DNA of 64,000 bases from Thermoanaerobaculia bacterium (GTDB taxonomy: Bacteria > Acidobacteriota > Thermoanaerobaculia > Multivoradales > Multivoraceae). Shown here in pieces: positions 9,933-20,709 of this stretch (the stretch's first letter is position 1; each line of letters opens with the position of its first letter). The notes beneath the pieces are model-generated. The model saw only the letters and a program-made list of their open reading frames with translations. It was not told the DNA's origin and made no database searches. The stretch spans positions 23,531-87,530 of the forward strand of contig JAJEHN010000037.1 of assembly GCA_022823665.1 (NCBI GenBank). The letters run 5' to 3'. Position numbers and translations under genes: made by a program.

Positions 9933-11418
9933 GCCGCCCCGCCGCCGCGATCGCGCACACGCGCGAGTTCCTGGCCGACACGTCCACGCCGCTCGGCGTC
10001 TACCGCAAGCTGGCGGCCCGCGCGGACGGCGATGCCGCTGGCCGGCGCTTTCTCCTCGAGAGCGTCACCGGCGGCGAGCACGTTTCGCGTTACAGCTTCC
10101 TCGGCGCCGGTCCGTCCCAGGTCTGCCGGGTCTACCTCGACCGGCTCGAGATCGAGGACTGCCGGAACGGCCGTGGCGTACAGGTGGAGACGGGCGACCC
10201 CCTGGTCCGGCTGCGTCGCCTGCTCGACGGCGTGGCCGGCGATCCCGCGCCGCCGCTGCCGTTCGCCGGCGGCTGGATCGGCGCCTTCGGTTTCGACGCG
10301 ATCCGGCTCGCCGAGCCGTGCCTGGTCGACCATGCGGCCGGCCGCCCGCGGGACCCGTTCGGCCTGCCGGTCGCGATTCTCGCGCGCTACGACGAAGTGC
10401 TGGTCTTCGATCATGCCCACCAGCGGATCCTCGCGGTGGCGAACGAGATCGAGGGTGAGAGCACTGCCGCCGACGCGGAGGCTCGTCTCGACGAGCTGCA
10501 GTCCGTACTCGAGAGCCGGGGTGAGGCGATGTCGGCACGGGTCGAGGACCGGGGACTCAAGGCGGAGACGGCCGACCCCACCCTGAGCGACGAGGAGTAC
10601 TTCGGCGTCGTCAACAAGGCCAAGGAGTACATCGCCGCCGGCGACATCTTCCAGGTCGTGCTCGCCCGCCGGTGGGCGCTCGACCTCGACGTGCCGCTGA
10701 CGACGGTCTACCGGGCGTTGCGCCTGGTCAACCCGTCGCCCTACATGGTGCTGTTCGAGGCGCCGGAGGTGTCGCTGATCGGCGCCTCGCCCGAGATGCT
10801 GGTGCGCCGGACGGGTCGGCGGCTCGAGATGCGGCCGATCGCCGGCACGCGGCCTCGCGGCGGGAACCCCGTCGAGGACCGGGCCCTGGCCGAGGAACTG
10901 ATGGCCGATCCGAAGGAGCGCGCCGAGCACGTGATGCTGGTCGATCTCGGCCGCAACGATCTGGGCCGGGTGGCGTCTCCCGGCGCGGTCTCGGTCGAGG
11001 AGTTCATGGTGATCGAGCACTACAGCGATGTGATGCACATCGTCAGCTCGGTCGAGGCGGAGCAGGCGGCGGGCGGCGGCAACGGCGCCGGATCGGCCCT
11101 CGACGCTCTCCTGGCATGCCTCCCGGCCGGCACGCTCTCCGGGGCACCGAAGATCCGCGCGGTGGAGATCATCGACGAGCTCGAGCCGGAGGCACGCGGC
11201 ATGTACGGCGGCTCGGTGGGCTACTTCTCGTTCGGCGGCGACATGGACACCTGCATCACGATCCGCACCCTGGCGCTCGTCAACGGCGAGGCCTCGATCA
11301 CCGCCGGGGGCGGCATCGTCGCCGACTCGGATCCGGTGCGCGAGGCGCAGGAGACCCGCGACAAGGCCGCGGCCCTCCTGAGGGCGGTGGCGCTGGCGCG
11401 CGAGCTCGAGGGCCGGAC

Positions 11419-11422
<4 letters not shown>
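9929..11422 (+). CDS. trpE: Anthranilate synthase component I
   Basis: FLLES, GDIFQVV, NPSPYM, ASPEML, RPIAGT, EHVMLVDLGRND, PAGTLSGAPK. Confidence 0.95.
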
Positions 11423-11989
<567 letters not shown>

Positions 11990-11997
<8 letters not shown>

Positions 11998-13024
11998 TCT
12001 CGACCTTTCCAACCTGCTGAGAACGACGATCGCCGGCGAGGATCTGCCGGCGGCGACGGTGGAGGAGCTGTTCGGCCGCCTGATGGACGGCGAACTCTCG
12101 GAGGTCTGGAAGAGCGCGTTCCTCGTCGCGCTGGCGGCGAAGGGAGAGTCGGTCGGCGAGATCGCCGGCGCCGCCCGGGCGATGCGCGCGCGTGCGGCGC
12201 GCGTCGAGCACGGGAGTTCCGGCGTGATCGACACCTGCGGCACCGGCGGCGACGGTCGGGGCACGTTCAACATCTCGACCGCGGCCGCGCTGGTCGCGGC
12301 GGCGGGCGGCGCCCGCGTCGCCAAGCACGGCAACCGCGCGGTCTCGAGCCGGTCCGGCTCGGCCGATGTGCTGGCCGCGCTGGGCGTGAGGCTCTCCGGC
12401 TACACGGAGGCGCTGGGGCGCTGCCTGGACGAGGTCGGCATCGTGTTCCTCTTCGCGCCGATGCTGCATCCTGCGATGGCCCAGGTCATGCCGGTGCGGC
12501 AGGAACTCGGCGTGCGCACCCTCTTCAACGTGCTGGGGCCCCTGACCAACCCCGCGGGCGCGAAACGGCAGTTGATCGGCGTCTTCTCGGCCGATCTCGT
12601 CGAGCCGATCGCGCGGGTCCTGCTCGAGCTCGGCAGCGAGCACGCGCTGGTCGTTCACGGCGACGGCCTGGACGAGATGACGACCACGGGCGCGACGGCG
12701 GTTGCCGAAGTCCGGGACGGCGAGGTCAAGACGTACGAGGTCCGGCCGGGCGACTTCGGCATCGCCGCGGCGTCGCCCGAGGACCTGCTCGGCGGCGACC
12801 CGGAGCGGAACGTCGAGCTGATGCGCGGCGTGCTCGACGGCGGGAAGGGGGCGCTGGCCGACATCACCTGCCTGAATTCCGGGGCGGCGCTCTACGTGGC
12901 GGGCAGGGCCGACAGTCTCGCGGCCGGCGTCGCCGCGGCGTCGGAGGTCCAGGCTTCCGGCGCGGCCGCCGCGAAGCTCGCTGAGCTCGTCAACTGGACC
13001 GGCTGGGACGACGGAGGGGAGTGA
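11990..13024 (+). CDS. trpD: Anthranilate phosphoribosyltransferase
   Basis: DTCGTGGDG, NIST, KHGNRAVSSRSGSAD, RTLFNVLGPL, DGLDE. Confidence 0.96.
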
Positions 13025-13872
13025 GGCCGGCGGTCGTGTCCGAAGTACCCGACATCCTGCGGCGCATCTGCGAGCAGCGGCGCCGGCGCGTGGTTGCCGG
13101 CGACGCGGGCGTATCCCCGGCGGGGCGTCTGCCCGCCGAGGCCCCGGGCGGTCGCTTCCTCGACGCGATCTCCGCGCGCCGCGGCCGGGCCGTGATCGCC
13201 GAGATCAAGATGGGTTCGCCCAAGCTGGGCGACCTGCGCGGCCGTTTCGATCCGGTCGCGCGCGCCGCGACCTACGCCGATGCCGGGGCGGCCTGCCTGT
13301 CCGTCGTGGTCGAGCCGGACCACTTCCACGGAAGCTACGAACTGCTGGCCGGGTGCGCGGCCGCGTCCGGGCTGCCGGCGGTGGCGAAGGACTTCGTCGT
13401 CTCCGACGTGCAGCTCGCGTGGGCGCGGGACGCGGGCGCCTCCGCCGTGCTGCTGATCGCGGCCCTCCACGACGCGGCTGAACTGCGCCGTCTGGCAGGG
13501 GTCGCCCGCGGCCTCGGGCTCGTGCCGCTGATCGAGACCCACGACGACGCGGACTTCGAGAAACTCCGTCCGCTGGCGCCGGACGACGGCGACGGGAAGA
13601 ACTCCAGTTGGGAACTGGTGGGCATCAACAACCGCGACCTGCGCACGTTCGAGGTCGACCTGGAACGCAGCGCCGGCCGCGTCGGCTGCCTGCCGTCGTC
13701 GGCCCTCAAGGTCGCCGAGTCGGGCATCCACACCGGCGCCGACGTCGCGAAACTGCGCCAAGCCGGTTTCGACGCTTTCCTGATCGGCGAACGCCTCGTG
13801 CTCTCCGGCGACCCCGCGGCGGCACTCGCTGAACTACTGGGTGCGCCGGCGCCCCACGAGGTGACCTCGTGA
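13021..13872 (+). CDS. trpC: Indole-3-glycerol phosphate synthase
   Basis: AEIK.GSP, KDF, GINNRDL, AESGI, LIGE. Confidence 0.93.
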   Translation: MRPAVVSEVPDILRRICEQRRRRVVAGDAGVSPAGRLPAEAPGGRFLDAISARRGRAVIAEIKMGSPKLGDLRGRFDPVARAATYADAGAACLSVVVEPDHFHGSYELLAGCAAASGLPAVAKDFVVSDVQLAWARDAGASAVLLIAALHDAAELRRLAGVARGLGLVPLIETHDDADFEKLRPLAPDDGDGKNSSWELVGINNRDLRTFEVDLERSAGRVGCLPSSALKVAESGIHTGADVAKLRQAGFDAFLIGERLVLSGDPAAALAELLGAPAPHEVTS

Positions 13873-14510
13873 AGGTCAAGATCTGCGGCGTCACGACACC
13901 CGCCGACGCCCGCCTCGCCGTCGACCTGGGCGCCGACTTCATCGGCCTCAACTTCTACCGTCCGAGCCCGCGCTGGATCGACGTCGACGAGGCGGCCCAC
14001 ATCCGCCGCCGGATCGGGAACCGGGCCCGGGCCGTCGGCATCTTCGTCGACCCCACGCGCGAAGAACTCGAGACGATCGACCGCAAGGTCGGCCTCGACT
14101 ACATTCAGTTCAGCGGCGACGAGAGCCCGGAACTCGTTGCCGAGTACAGCGTCCGCGCCATCCGTGTCCGCCGTGTTGGCGGCGCGGCGGCCCCGGCCCC
14201 GGTCCTTGAGGAGGATTGCTGGGCGGTCCTGATCGACCGCGCCCACGATCGCCTCTACGGCGGCTCCGGCGAGAGCTGGGACTACGCCGCCGCGGCCGAC
14301 CTCGTCCGAACGCCGGCCGGCGACGGCGGGCCGCGACGCCTGTTCATCGCAGGCGGCGTGCGCCCCGGCAACGTTGCCGAAGTGGCGTCGGCGGTGCCTG
14401 GCGCCTACGCCGTCGACACCTGTTCGGGCGTCGAGTCCGCGCCCGGCCGGAAGGATCGCACCAAGCTGGAGCGACTGTTCGCCAACCTCAGAGCGGGAGC
14501 AGCACGATGA
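13869..14510 (+). CDS. trpF: Phosphoribosylanthranilate isomerase
   Basis: [36 protein letters not shown]. Confidence 0.93.
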   Translation: MKVKICGVTTPADARLAVDLGADFIGLNFYRPSPRWIDVDEAAHIRRRIGNRARAVGIFVDPTREELETIDRKVGLDYIQFSGDESPELVAEYSVRAIRVRRVGGAAAPAPVLEEDCWAVLIDRAHDRLYGGSGESWDYAAAADLVRTPAGDGGPRRLFIAGGVRPGNVAEVASAVPGAYAVDTCSGVESAPGRKDRTKLERLFANLRAGAAR

Positions 14511-15733
14511 AGGTACGAACACCCCTCGCCGCCGCGGCGCTGGAGCCGGACGAGGGCGGACGCTACGGCGTCTACGGCGGGCGCTACGCCCCGGAGACGC
14601 TGATGGCGCCGCTCGAGGAGTTGAGCCGCGCCTACGACAAGCTGCGCCGGAAGCGGACCTTCCAGCGCCGGCTCAACCACCTGCTGGAGCACTACGTCGG
14701 CCGCCCGACGCCGCTCTACTTCGCGGAACGGCTCACCGAGCACCTCGGCGGCGCCCGCATCTACCTGAAGCGCGAGGATCTGCTCCACACCGGCGCGCAC
14801 AAGATCAACAACGCCCTGGGCCAGGTCCTGCTGGCGAAGGAGATGGGCAAGACGCGGATCATCGCCGAGACCGGCGCCGGACAGCACGGCGTCGCCACCG
14901 CGACGGCGGCGGCGCTCCTCGGTCTCGACTGCGTCGTCTACATGGGTGAGGAAGACATGCGGCGCCAGCGCCTGAACGTCTATCGCATGCAGCTTCTCGG
15001 CGCCGAAGTGGCTGCGGTCGACGCCGGCAGCCGGACGCTCAAGGACGCGATCAACGAGGCGTTCCGCGACTGGGTGGCGAGCTTCGCCGACACCCACTAC
15101 GTGCTCGGCACGGTGACCGGGCCCGAGCCGTATCCGCGGATGGTCCGCCAGTTCCACAGCGTGATCGGGTCGGAGGCCCGGCGTCAGTTGCGGCGCCTCG
15201 CCGGCACGCCGGACCCCGACGTGGCGGTTGCCTGCGTCGGCGGCGGCAGCAACGCGATGGGTCTGTTCTCCGCCTTCCTCGACCGGCCGGACGTGCTGCT
15301 CGTCGGCGTCGAGGCCGGCGGCCGGGGACCCGAGCTGGGGGATCACGCGGCCCGCTTCTCGGGCGGCACGCTCGGCGTTCTTCACGGCGCGCGGACGCTG
15401 GTGCTCCAGGACGAGGAGGGTCAGGTCGTCGGCACCCACTCCGTGTCGGCCGGGCTCGACTACCCGGCGGTCGGTCCCGAGCATGTCTTCCTGCACGATG
15501 AGGGGCAGATCGAGTTCACCTCGGCGACCGACCAGGAGGCGATCGAGGGGTTTCACCTCCTGTCGGCGACCGAGGGCATCCTGCCGGCACTCGAGTCCGC
15601 GCACGCGATCGCCGAGGTGACACGCCGTGCGCCGGGGATGGACGGCGATCAGGTCATTCTCGTCAACCTGTCGGGCCGCGGCGACAAGGACGTCGAGTCC
15701 GTACTCGAGTACGACGCCGGAGACGCCGAATGA
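14507..15733 (+). CDS. trpB: Tryptophan synthase beta chain
   Basis: [56 protein letters not shown]. Confidence 0.97.
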   Translation: MKVRTPLAAAALEPDEGGRYGVYGGRYAPETLMAPLEELSRAYDKLRRKRTFQRRLNHLLEHYVGRPTPLYFAERLTEHLGGARIYLKREDLLHTGAHKINNALGQVLLAKEMGKTRIIAETGAGQHGVATATAAALLGLDCVVYMGEEDMRRQRLNVYRMQLLGAEVAAVDAGSRTLKDAINEAFRDWVASFADTHYVLGTVTGPEPYPRMVRQFHSVIGSEARRQLRRLAGTPDPDVAVACVGGGSNAMGLFSAFLDRPDVLLVGVEAGGRGPELGDHAARFSGGTLGVLHGARTLVLQDEEGQVVGTHSVSAGLDYPAVGPEHVFLHDEGQIEFTSATDQEAIEGFHLLSATEGILPALESAHAIAEVTRRAPGMDGDQVILVNLSGRGDKDVESVLEYDAGDAE

Positions 15734-16557
15734 GCCCCCGCCGCAAGCGCCGCTCCAACGGCGCCATCGCCGCCGCCTTCAAGACCTGCGCGAAGGAACG
15801 CCGGTCGGCCTTCATCCCCTTCCTCGTCGCCGGCGATCCGTCCCTCGAGGCCACGCCCGACCTGCTGCGCGCTCTCGTCGCCGGCGGCGCCGACGTGATC
15901 GAGCTCGGCGTCGCCTTCAGCGACCCGATCGCCGACGGGCCGACGATCCAGCGCGCCTCGCATCGCGCGCTCGCCGCCGGCTCCTCGCTCAGCGCCGTGC
16001 TCGGCATCGTCGAACGCCACCGGGAGGAACTCGGCGTCCCGATCGTCCTCTTCACCTACTACAACCCGGTCCACGCCCGAGGCGTCGAGAACTTCGCCGC
16101 CCAGGCCGCCGCTAGCGGCGTCGACGGCGTCCTCTGCGTCGACCTGCCGCCCGACGAGGGCCTGCGCGAGCTGCAGCCGGCGCTCGAGGAGCGGGGCGTC
16201 GACTCGATCTACCTGATCGCCGCTACCAGTACCCGCGAGCGCATCGACCGCGCCGCCGCCGCGTCGAACGGCTTTGTCTACTACACCGCCCGCTCGGACG
16301 TCACGGGCGAGCGGGAAGACCTGATTCCCACTCTGGCCCGCGAAGTGAAGCGGGTGCGCCGCCGGGTGCGCCTGCCGGTCGCCGTCGGCTTCGGCATCTC
16401 GACTCCCGAGCAGGTCGAGGAAGTGGCCCAGGTCGCCCACGGCGTCGTCGTCGGCAGCTCCCTGGTGCGCCTGGTCGAGGAGAACGCAGCCGAAGCGGAC
16501 CTGGCCGCGCGCCTGGAGCGCCGCGTCACCGAGCTGACCGCGCCGCTGCGCCGGTAG
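15730..16557 (+). CDS. trpA: Tryptophan synthase alpha chain
   Basis: [44 protein letters not shown]. Confidence 0.96.
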   Translation: MSPRRKRRSNGAIAAAFKTCAKERRSAFIPFLVAGDPSLEATPDLLRALVAGGADVIELGVAFSDPIADGPTIQRASHRALAAGSSLSAVLGIVERHREELGVPIVLFTYYNPVHARGVENFAAQAAASGVDGVLCVDLPPDEGLRELQPALEERGVDSIYLIAATSTRERIDRAAAASNGFVYYTARSDVTGEREDLIPTLAREVKRVRRRVRLPVAVGFGISTPEQVEEVAQVAHGVVVGSSLVRLVEENAAEADLAARLERRVTELTAPLRR

Positions 16558-16580
16558 TCCCGAGTCATAGACTCTTCGGG

Positions 16581-18956
16581 ATGGAACCGCGGACGAAGAA
16601 GACACGATCCAGTCGATTGCGTCCGCGCCTTCTGCAAGTAGTGCTGCCGGCCCTGATCGCCGCTGTCGCCGCGCTGCCGGCGCCGGCAGTCCGGGCGGCC
16701 CAGCCCGCCGCCGACATCGAACTCGCCGTCCGTCTGTCCGCGGTCGCCACGCCCGACGAGGCCCCCGCCGGCGACGTGACGATCCACTTCGTCGACGCGG
16801 CCACCCGGGAGGCGGTGACCTCCTACGTGGTCCAGGCCGCACCGCCGGAGCAGACAGTTCAGGTCACCGTGCCGGCGCTCGAGTCGCGATCCGGCTGGCT
16901 TCTCTGGGCACGGTCGGAGGGCTGGTGGAGTCCTGCCGCCTTCATCCCGTGGGACGAGCGGGAGGGCTCGCTGACCCTTGTGCCGGAAGGCATGGTGCGG
17001 TTTGCCGTCGACGGCACGGATACCGGTGTGGACTTCCTGGAGACCGGCAAGGTCTGGATCGACGGGCGAGTCCACAGGCGTCGCGTCCGGCTCGATCGCG
17101 GCCTCTACGGCGGTCCCTGCGAGGTGGACCGGGAACCGGACCGCCGCGAAGTGCTGATCGCGTGCCGGTTCGCCCGGGACGAGGAAGTGGAACTGCGGGT
17201 ACGGCTGGGGCCGTTCCTGCCCCTGCTGCGGTCCGAGGTGACGGTCGAGGCGGACACGGACCTGGGACTGATCGAGCCGGTCAGGGGCGCGCGCGTGACC
17301 GCCAGCCTGGCCTCGCCGGACGGCGCCAGTCACCAGTTCCGCTTGCGGCAACGGGATGGGTACCTGGCCCTTGGCTGGGTTGCCTGGACGGATGCCGGAG
17401 GCGCCTTCACGTTCGAGGGCCTTTCGCCGGCGGCGTACGAACTCGGCCTCGCCGGCTCGGACGGCGACAGTTGGACGGTACGCATCGACTCGCTGTCCGA
17501 CCAGATCGACCTGGGCCAGCTCGTGTCGTCCGCCGGGAACCTGCTGACCGTTTCCTTCCTGACGCCGAGCGTCCTGGAGATCGATCTGAGACCGACGGTG
17601 TCGTTAGTGACGCTGGGGCCCGATGGCGAGGTGGAACGGCGCGAGCGCAGGTTCGAGTTCCACGATCGCGGAAGCGACGGCTCCTTCCTGTGGCGAGGCC
17701 TGCCGCCGGGCGACTACGAGGTCGCCATCTGGGACGACCGCGGCAACCGGTGGGGCCACGAGGTGCTCCAGGCCTTTGGCCAGGACCACCACTACGTCGA
17801 CCTGGATGCCGTGCCGCTGGTCGGCAGGATCCAACGTGGAGGCGAGCCGCTCGAAGACGCGATGGTCTGGTTCGGCGGCATGTGGGGCCATGAACGAATC
17901 TCCTTCCGTAGCCGCGAGGAGGGCCGCTTCAGCGGCCTGCTGCCGAGGGAGGGTTTCTGGCCCGTCGAGGTGACGCCAGCCCCCGACTGCGATCCCTGCG
18001 AAGGAGGGTGGGACACGGATGGCTGGGGTGACTTCGACGATCGCGAGGTCAACGACGCCGGCGTCTTCGAGATCGAGACGGACTCCGATGGCATCGCGAG
18101 GGTCGACATTGACCTCGCGGCAGGTGCGATCAGTGGGCGAGTCGTGAGAGGCAACGTGGAGAGCGGCCTTCTCGAGCCGGTGGCGGGGGCCCGGGTCTGG
18201 GTTTGGGCCGCGGGCGAAGTTGCAGGCGAAGAACAAGACCCCCTGCAACCGCGGAGTTGGCGTAGTCGGACCGACGCTTCAGGGGCCTTCGAGGTCACCG
18301 GCCTGCCTGAGTGGAGCTACAGCGTCCATGCCGAAGCGTACGTGGACGAACGCGAACTCCAGTCGCCTCCGTTGCGCCTCGATCTACAGGGCGACGAGCA
18401 AGTCGAGGATGTTGAACTGCGGCTCGCCGATCAGCGGCGCGTCACGGTAGTCGTTCGCTCCGGAGGAGTGCCGGTAGACGGAGCGCAGACCTTTGTGCTC
18501 TACCCGGTTGGGTCAGGCACCGCCGTGGCGAGCGGCTACTCCGGCGGCGCGGGTGAAGCCACTCATCATCTGCCGTTGGAGGCCGAGACCGTTGGTGTCG
18601 TCGTCCGGGCGACGGGCCACGGGATGGTCGGCTGGCGATTCGAGATTCGGGAGGGCGAGCCGCTTGGCCTCGAGCTGGCGCCGGAACGTGGGTCGCTCCG
18701 CGTACCGCGCTGGCAGGACGGTTCCGGATCCCGGAACGCCAGCTTCTTCCATGACGCCCGCCTCGTGACACCGGGCGGCGCCACCATTCGGGTCGGCACC
18801 CTTGCCTCCGTCAACGACCGGGGCCAGGTCCAGGAGGACGGAGACGAAGGGATCGTCAGGGATCTGGCGCCCGGTACGTACAGCTACTGTCCGAAGGACA
18901 GCGCCTGCACCAGGGTCGAGGTCGTCCCCTGGGGCGAGAGCCGGGTCCGCGAGTAG
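16581..18956 (+). CDS. Secreted beta-rich protein with carboxypeptidase-regulatory-like (prealbumin-fold) repeats
   Basis: Signal-peptide-like N-terminus; repeated TD..G.F...GL..G.Y motifs (TDAGGAFTFEGLSPAAY, TDASGAFEVTGLPEWSY). Confidence 0.7.
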   Translation: MEPRTKKTRSSRLRPRLLQVVLPALIAAVAALPAPAVRAAQPAADIELAVRLSAVATPDEAPAGDVTIHFVDAATREAVTSYVVQAAPPEQTVQVTVPALESRSGWLLWARSEGWWSPAAFIPWDEREGSLTLVPEGMVRFAVDGTDTGVDFLETGKVWIDGRVHRRRVRLDRGLYGGPCEVDREPDRREVLIACRFARDEEVELRVRLGPFLPLLRSEVTVEADTDLGLIEPVRGARVTASLASPDGASHQFRLRQRDGYLALGWVAWTDAGGAFTFEGLSPAAYELGLAGSDGDSWTVRIDSLSDQIDLGQLVSSAGNLLTVSFLTPSVLEIDLRPTVSLVTLGPDGEVERRERRFEFHDRGSDGSFLWRGLPPGDYEVAIWDDRGNRWGHEVLQAFGQDHHYVDLDAVPLVGRIQRGGEPLEDAMVWFGGMWGHERISFRSREEGRFSGLLPREGFWPVEVTPAPDCDPCEGGWDTDGWGDFDDREVNDAGVFEIETDSDGIARVDIDLAAGAISGRVVRGNVESGLLEPVAGARVWVWAAGEVAGEEQDPLQPRSWRSRTDASGAFEVTGLPEWSYSVHAEAYVDERELQSPPLRLDLQGDEQVEDVELRLADQRRVTVVVRSGGVPVDGAQTFVLYPVGSGTAVASGYSGGAGEATHHLPLEAETVGVVVRATGHGMVGWRFEIREGEPLGLELAPERGSLRVPRWQDGSGSRNASFFHDARLVTPGGATIRVGTLASVNDRGQVQEDGDEGIVRDLAPGTYSYCPKDSACTRVEVVPWGESRVRE

Positions 18957-18963
18957 CCGCTCG

Positions 18964-20685
18964 CTACCGCGACGGCACCCTCGCCCCGTCGCGGACCAGT
19001 GACATCTCGCTGGTCGTCTCGTCCCGGACGCCGACGACGACCTGGTAGTCGCCCTCGGCCAGGCTGACCGACACCTCGAAGCGGAAGGCGCCATCGGTGG
19101 CCTGGACGTCACCGGCGGGTCCCACCGGCACCGTCATCTGGCGCACGGACGTTCGGCCGCGTTTCTCCTCGTCGACCGCGAGCAGCAGAAGGCGGAGCCG
19201 GCCGCCTGGTCCGCCGGCGCCGGGCACCAGCAGGACGGCCTCCTCGGGTACGACGATGCTGACCGGTTGCCGGTGCACCTTCTTCTCCCGCGGGGTCGTC
19301 GCGCCCAGGTCGACCGCGACGCCGAGCGGATTCGGGGTGCTGCCGAGGTAGGCCGCGGAGATCAGCCGCTCCGCGAGTTGCTCATCCTGGGTCTTGTCGC
19401 GGTAGGACCGGCGGTACTCCACGCTGCGGCCCTGAGCGGCGTGGGGTGCGAGTTCGACCTTCAGGCGGCGTACTTCGCCCGACCGCCGCTCGTCCGGGGA
19501 AAAGCCCAGGGAATAGGTGGAGACGAGCTGCTCCGTCACGTCCTCGAGCAGGTCGGCCAGGTCGTTCGAGTTGAGGAGAGCCTTGCCGCCGGTCTCGGAC
19601 GCGAGCTGTTGGAGGCCGCCCTGGATGTTCGTCCAGTGCAGCCGGTCGTTCTGGTACGACGGCGCAACGCCATCGAACGACATCGACTGGCTGAGCCCGG
19701 TGCGAATGCCGCCCGCGTCCAGCGTGAAGAGAGTGACCCGGTTCGCGTTGGCGTGCGCCGTGAGCTGCTGGAAACGGCGGGTTTCGTCGTGCCGCTGGGC
19801 CGCCGCGTTCGTCTCGGGGACGATGCGCGGGTCGTTCGGGCAGAGAACCTGGGCGATGTAGTCGAAAGCCGAGAGCCCGGGCTGCTGCGGCAGTCCGTCG
19901 CTCATGTACACGATCGCCTTCCGCCCGGGGATTCCGGCCAGGGTACTGGTCAGGTCGGCGAGCCCGTCGGCAGCGATCGCGGCGCGATTCGCCTGCTCGA
20001 CCGCGTACGTGTCGGCCAGCGCCATGAGTTGGCCGGTGTTCTGACAGCCCCGGCTGTTCACGTTGATCTCCTCCAGAGTGAACTGCCGGGAACGCTGGTT
20101 CCGGACGGCGCGGGCCAGCCCCTTGGGGCGTTTGGACGCGGCCTTGAGGATCGCGTCGAGGTCCCGGGTCGGCGGCACGACGACTTCCAGCCGGTTGACG
20201 AAACGCGCGTACATGAAGCGCGCGTTCAGGGTACGCCACGACTCGACCGCCTTCTCCAGACGCCGGAGCAGCCGCGAGCGGTAGGGCGGGAAGAGGTTCG
20301 CGTCGTCCATGTACAGGACGACGGTGAGCGAGGCGGGGTCGGCCGCGGCCTCGGCCTGGGCAGGCTCGGCCCCGGCAGCCGGCGGGGCAGCCCGGTCGGC
20401 TGGCTCGGCCGGCTGCCCGAGAAGCTCCGACTCGAAGAAGTTCGTGATCTCGACCGGCTCGCCGTCCACCGAGAGCTCGAAGTCGTCGCGGGTCAGTCCC
20501 CGGACGGGACGGCCGTTCCGGTCCGTGACCACGACGTCGACTTCGACGACCTGCACGTCGAGGGTGTCGATGAAGGTCTGGTCGGGCTGCGCCTGAACCG
20601 CGGCGGCGCCGGAAAGCACGAGCAGCGTTGCCGCCGCCGCAGGTGGAAGATGGCTCGTCAAGCGCTTGAGTGCGTTCTGCTGCAA
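18964..20685 (-). CDS. Acidobacteria-type VWA domain protein (copy 2)
   Basis: Signal peptide; F.DT.DVQVVEVDVVVTDR.G.PV.GL, KAIVYMSDG, LASETGGKA; TTG start with GGAGG 7 nt upstream. Confidence 0.85.
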   Translation of the reverse strand: MQQNALKRLTSHLPPAAAATLLVLSGAAAVQAQPDQTFIDTLDVQVVEVDVVVTDRNGRPVRGLTRDDFELSVDGEPVEITNFFESELLGQPAEPADRAAPPAAGAEPAQAEAAADPASLTVVLYMDDANLFPPYRSRLLRRLEKAVESWRTLNARFMYARFVNRLEVVVPPTRDLDAILKAASKRPKGLARAVRNQRSRQFTLEEINVNSRGCQNTGQLMALADTYAVEQANRAAIAADGLADLTSTLAGIPGRKAIVYMSDGLPQQPGLSAFDYIAQVLCPNDPRIVPETNAAAQRHDETRRFQQLTAHANANRVTLFTLDAGGIRTGLSQSMSFDGVAPSYQNDRLHWTNIQGGLQQLASETGGKALLNSNDLADLLEDVTEQLVSTYSLGFSPDERRSGEVRRLKVELAPHAAQGRSVEYRRSYRDKTQDEQLAERLISAAYLGSTPNPLGVAVDLGATTPREKKVHRQPVSIVVPEEAVLLVPGAGGPGGRLRLLLLAVDEEKRGRTSVRQMTVPVGPAGDVQATDGAFRFEVSVSLAEGDYQVVVGVRDETTSEMSLVRDGARVPSR

Positions 20686-20709
20686 CGTCTGACCTCCCTC
20701 GGTGGCCGT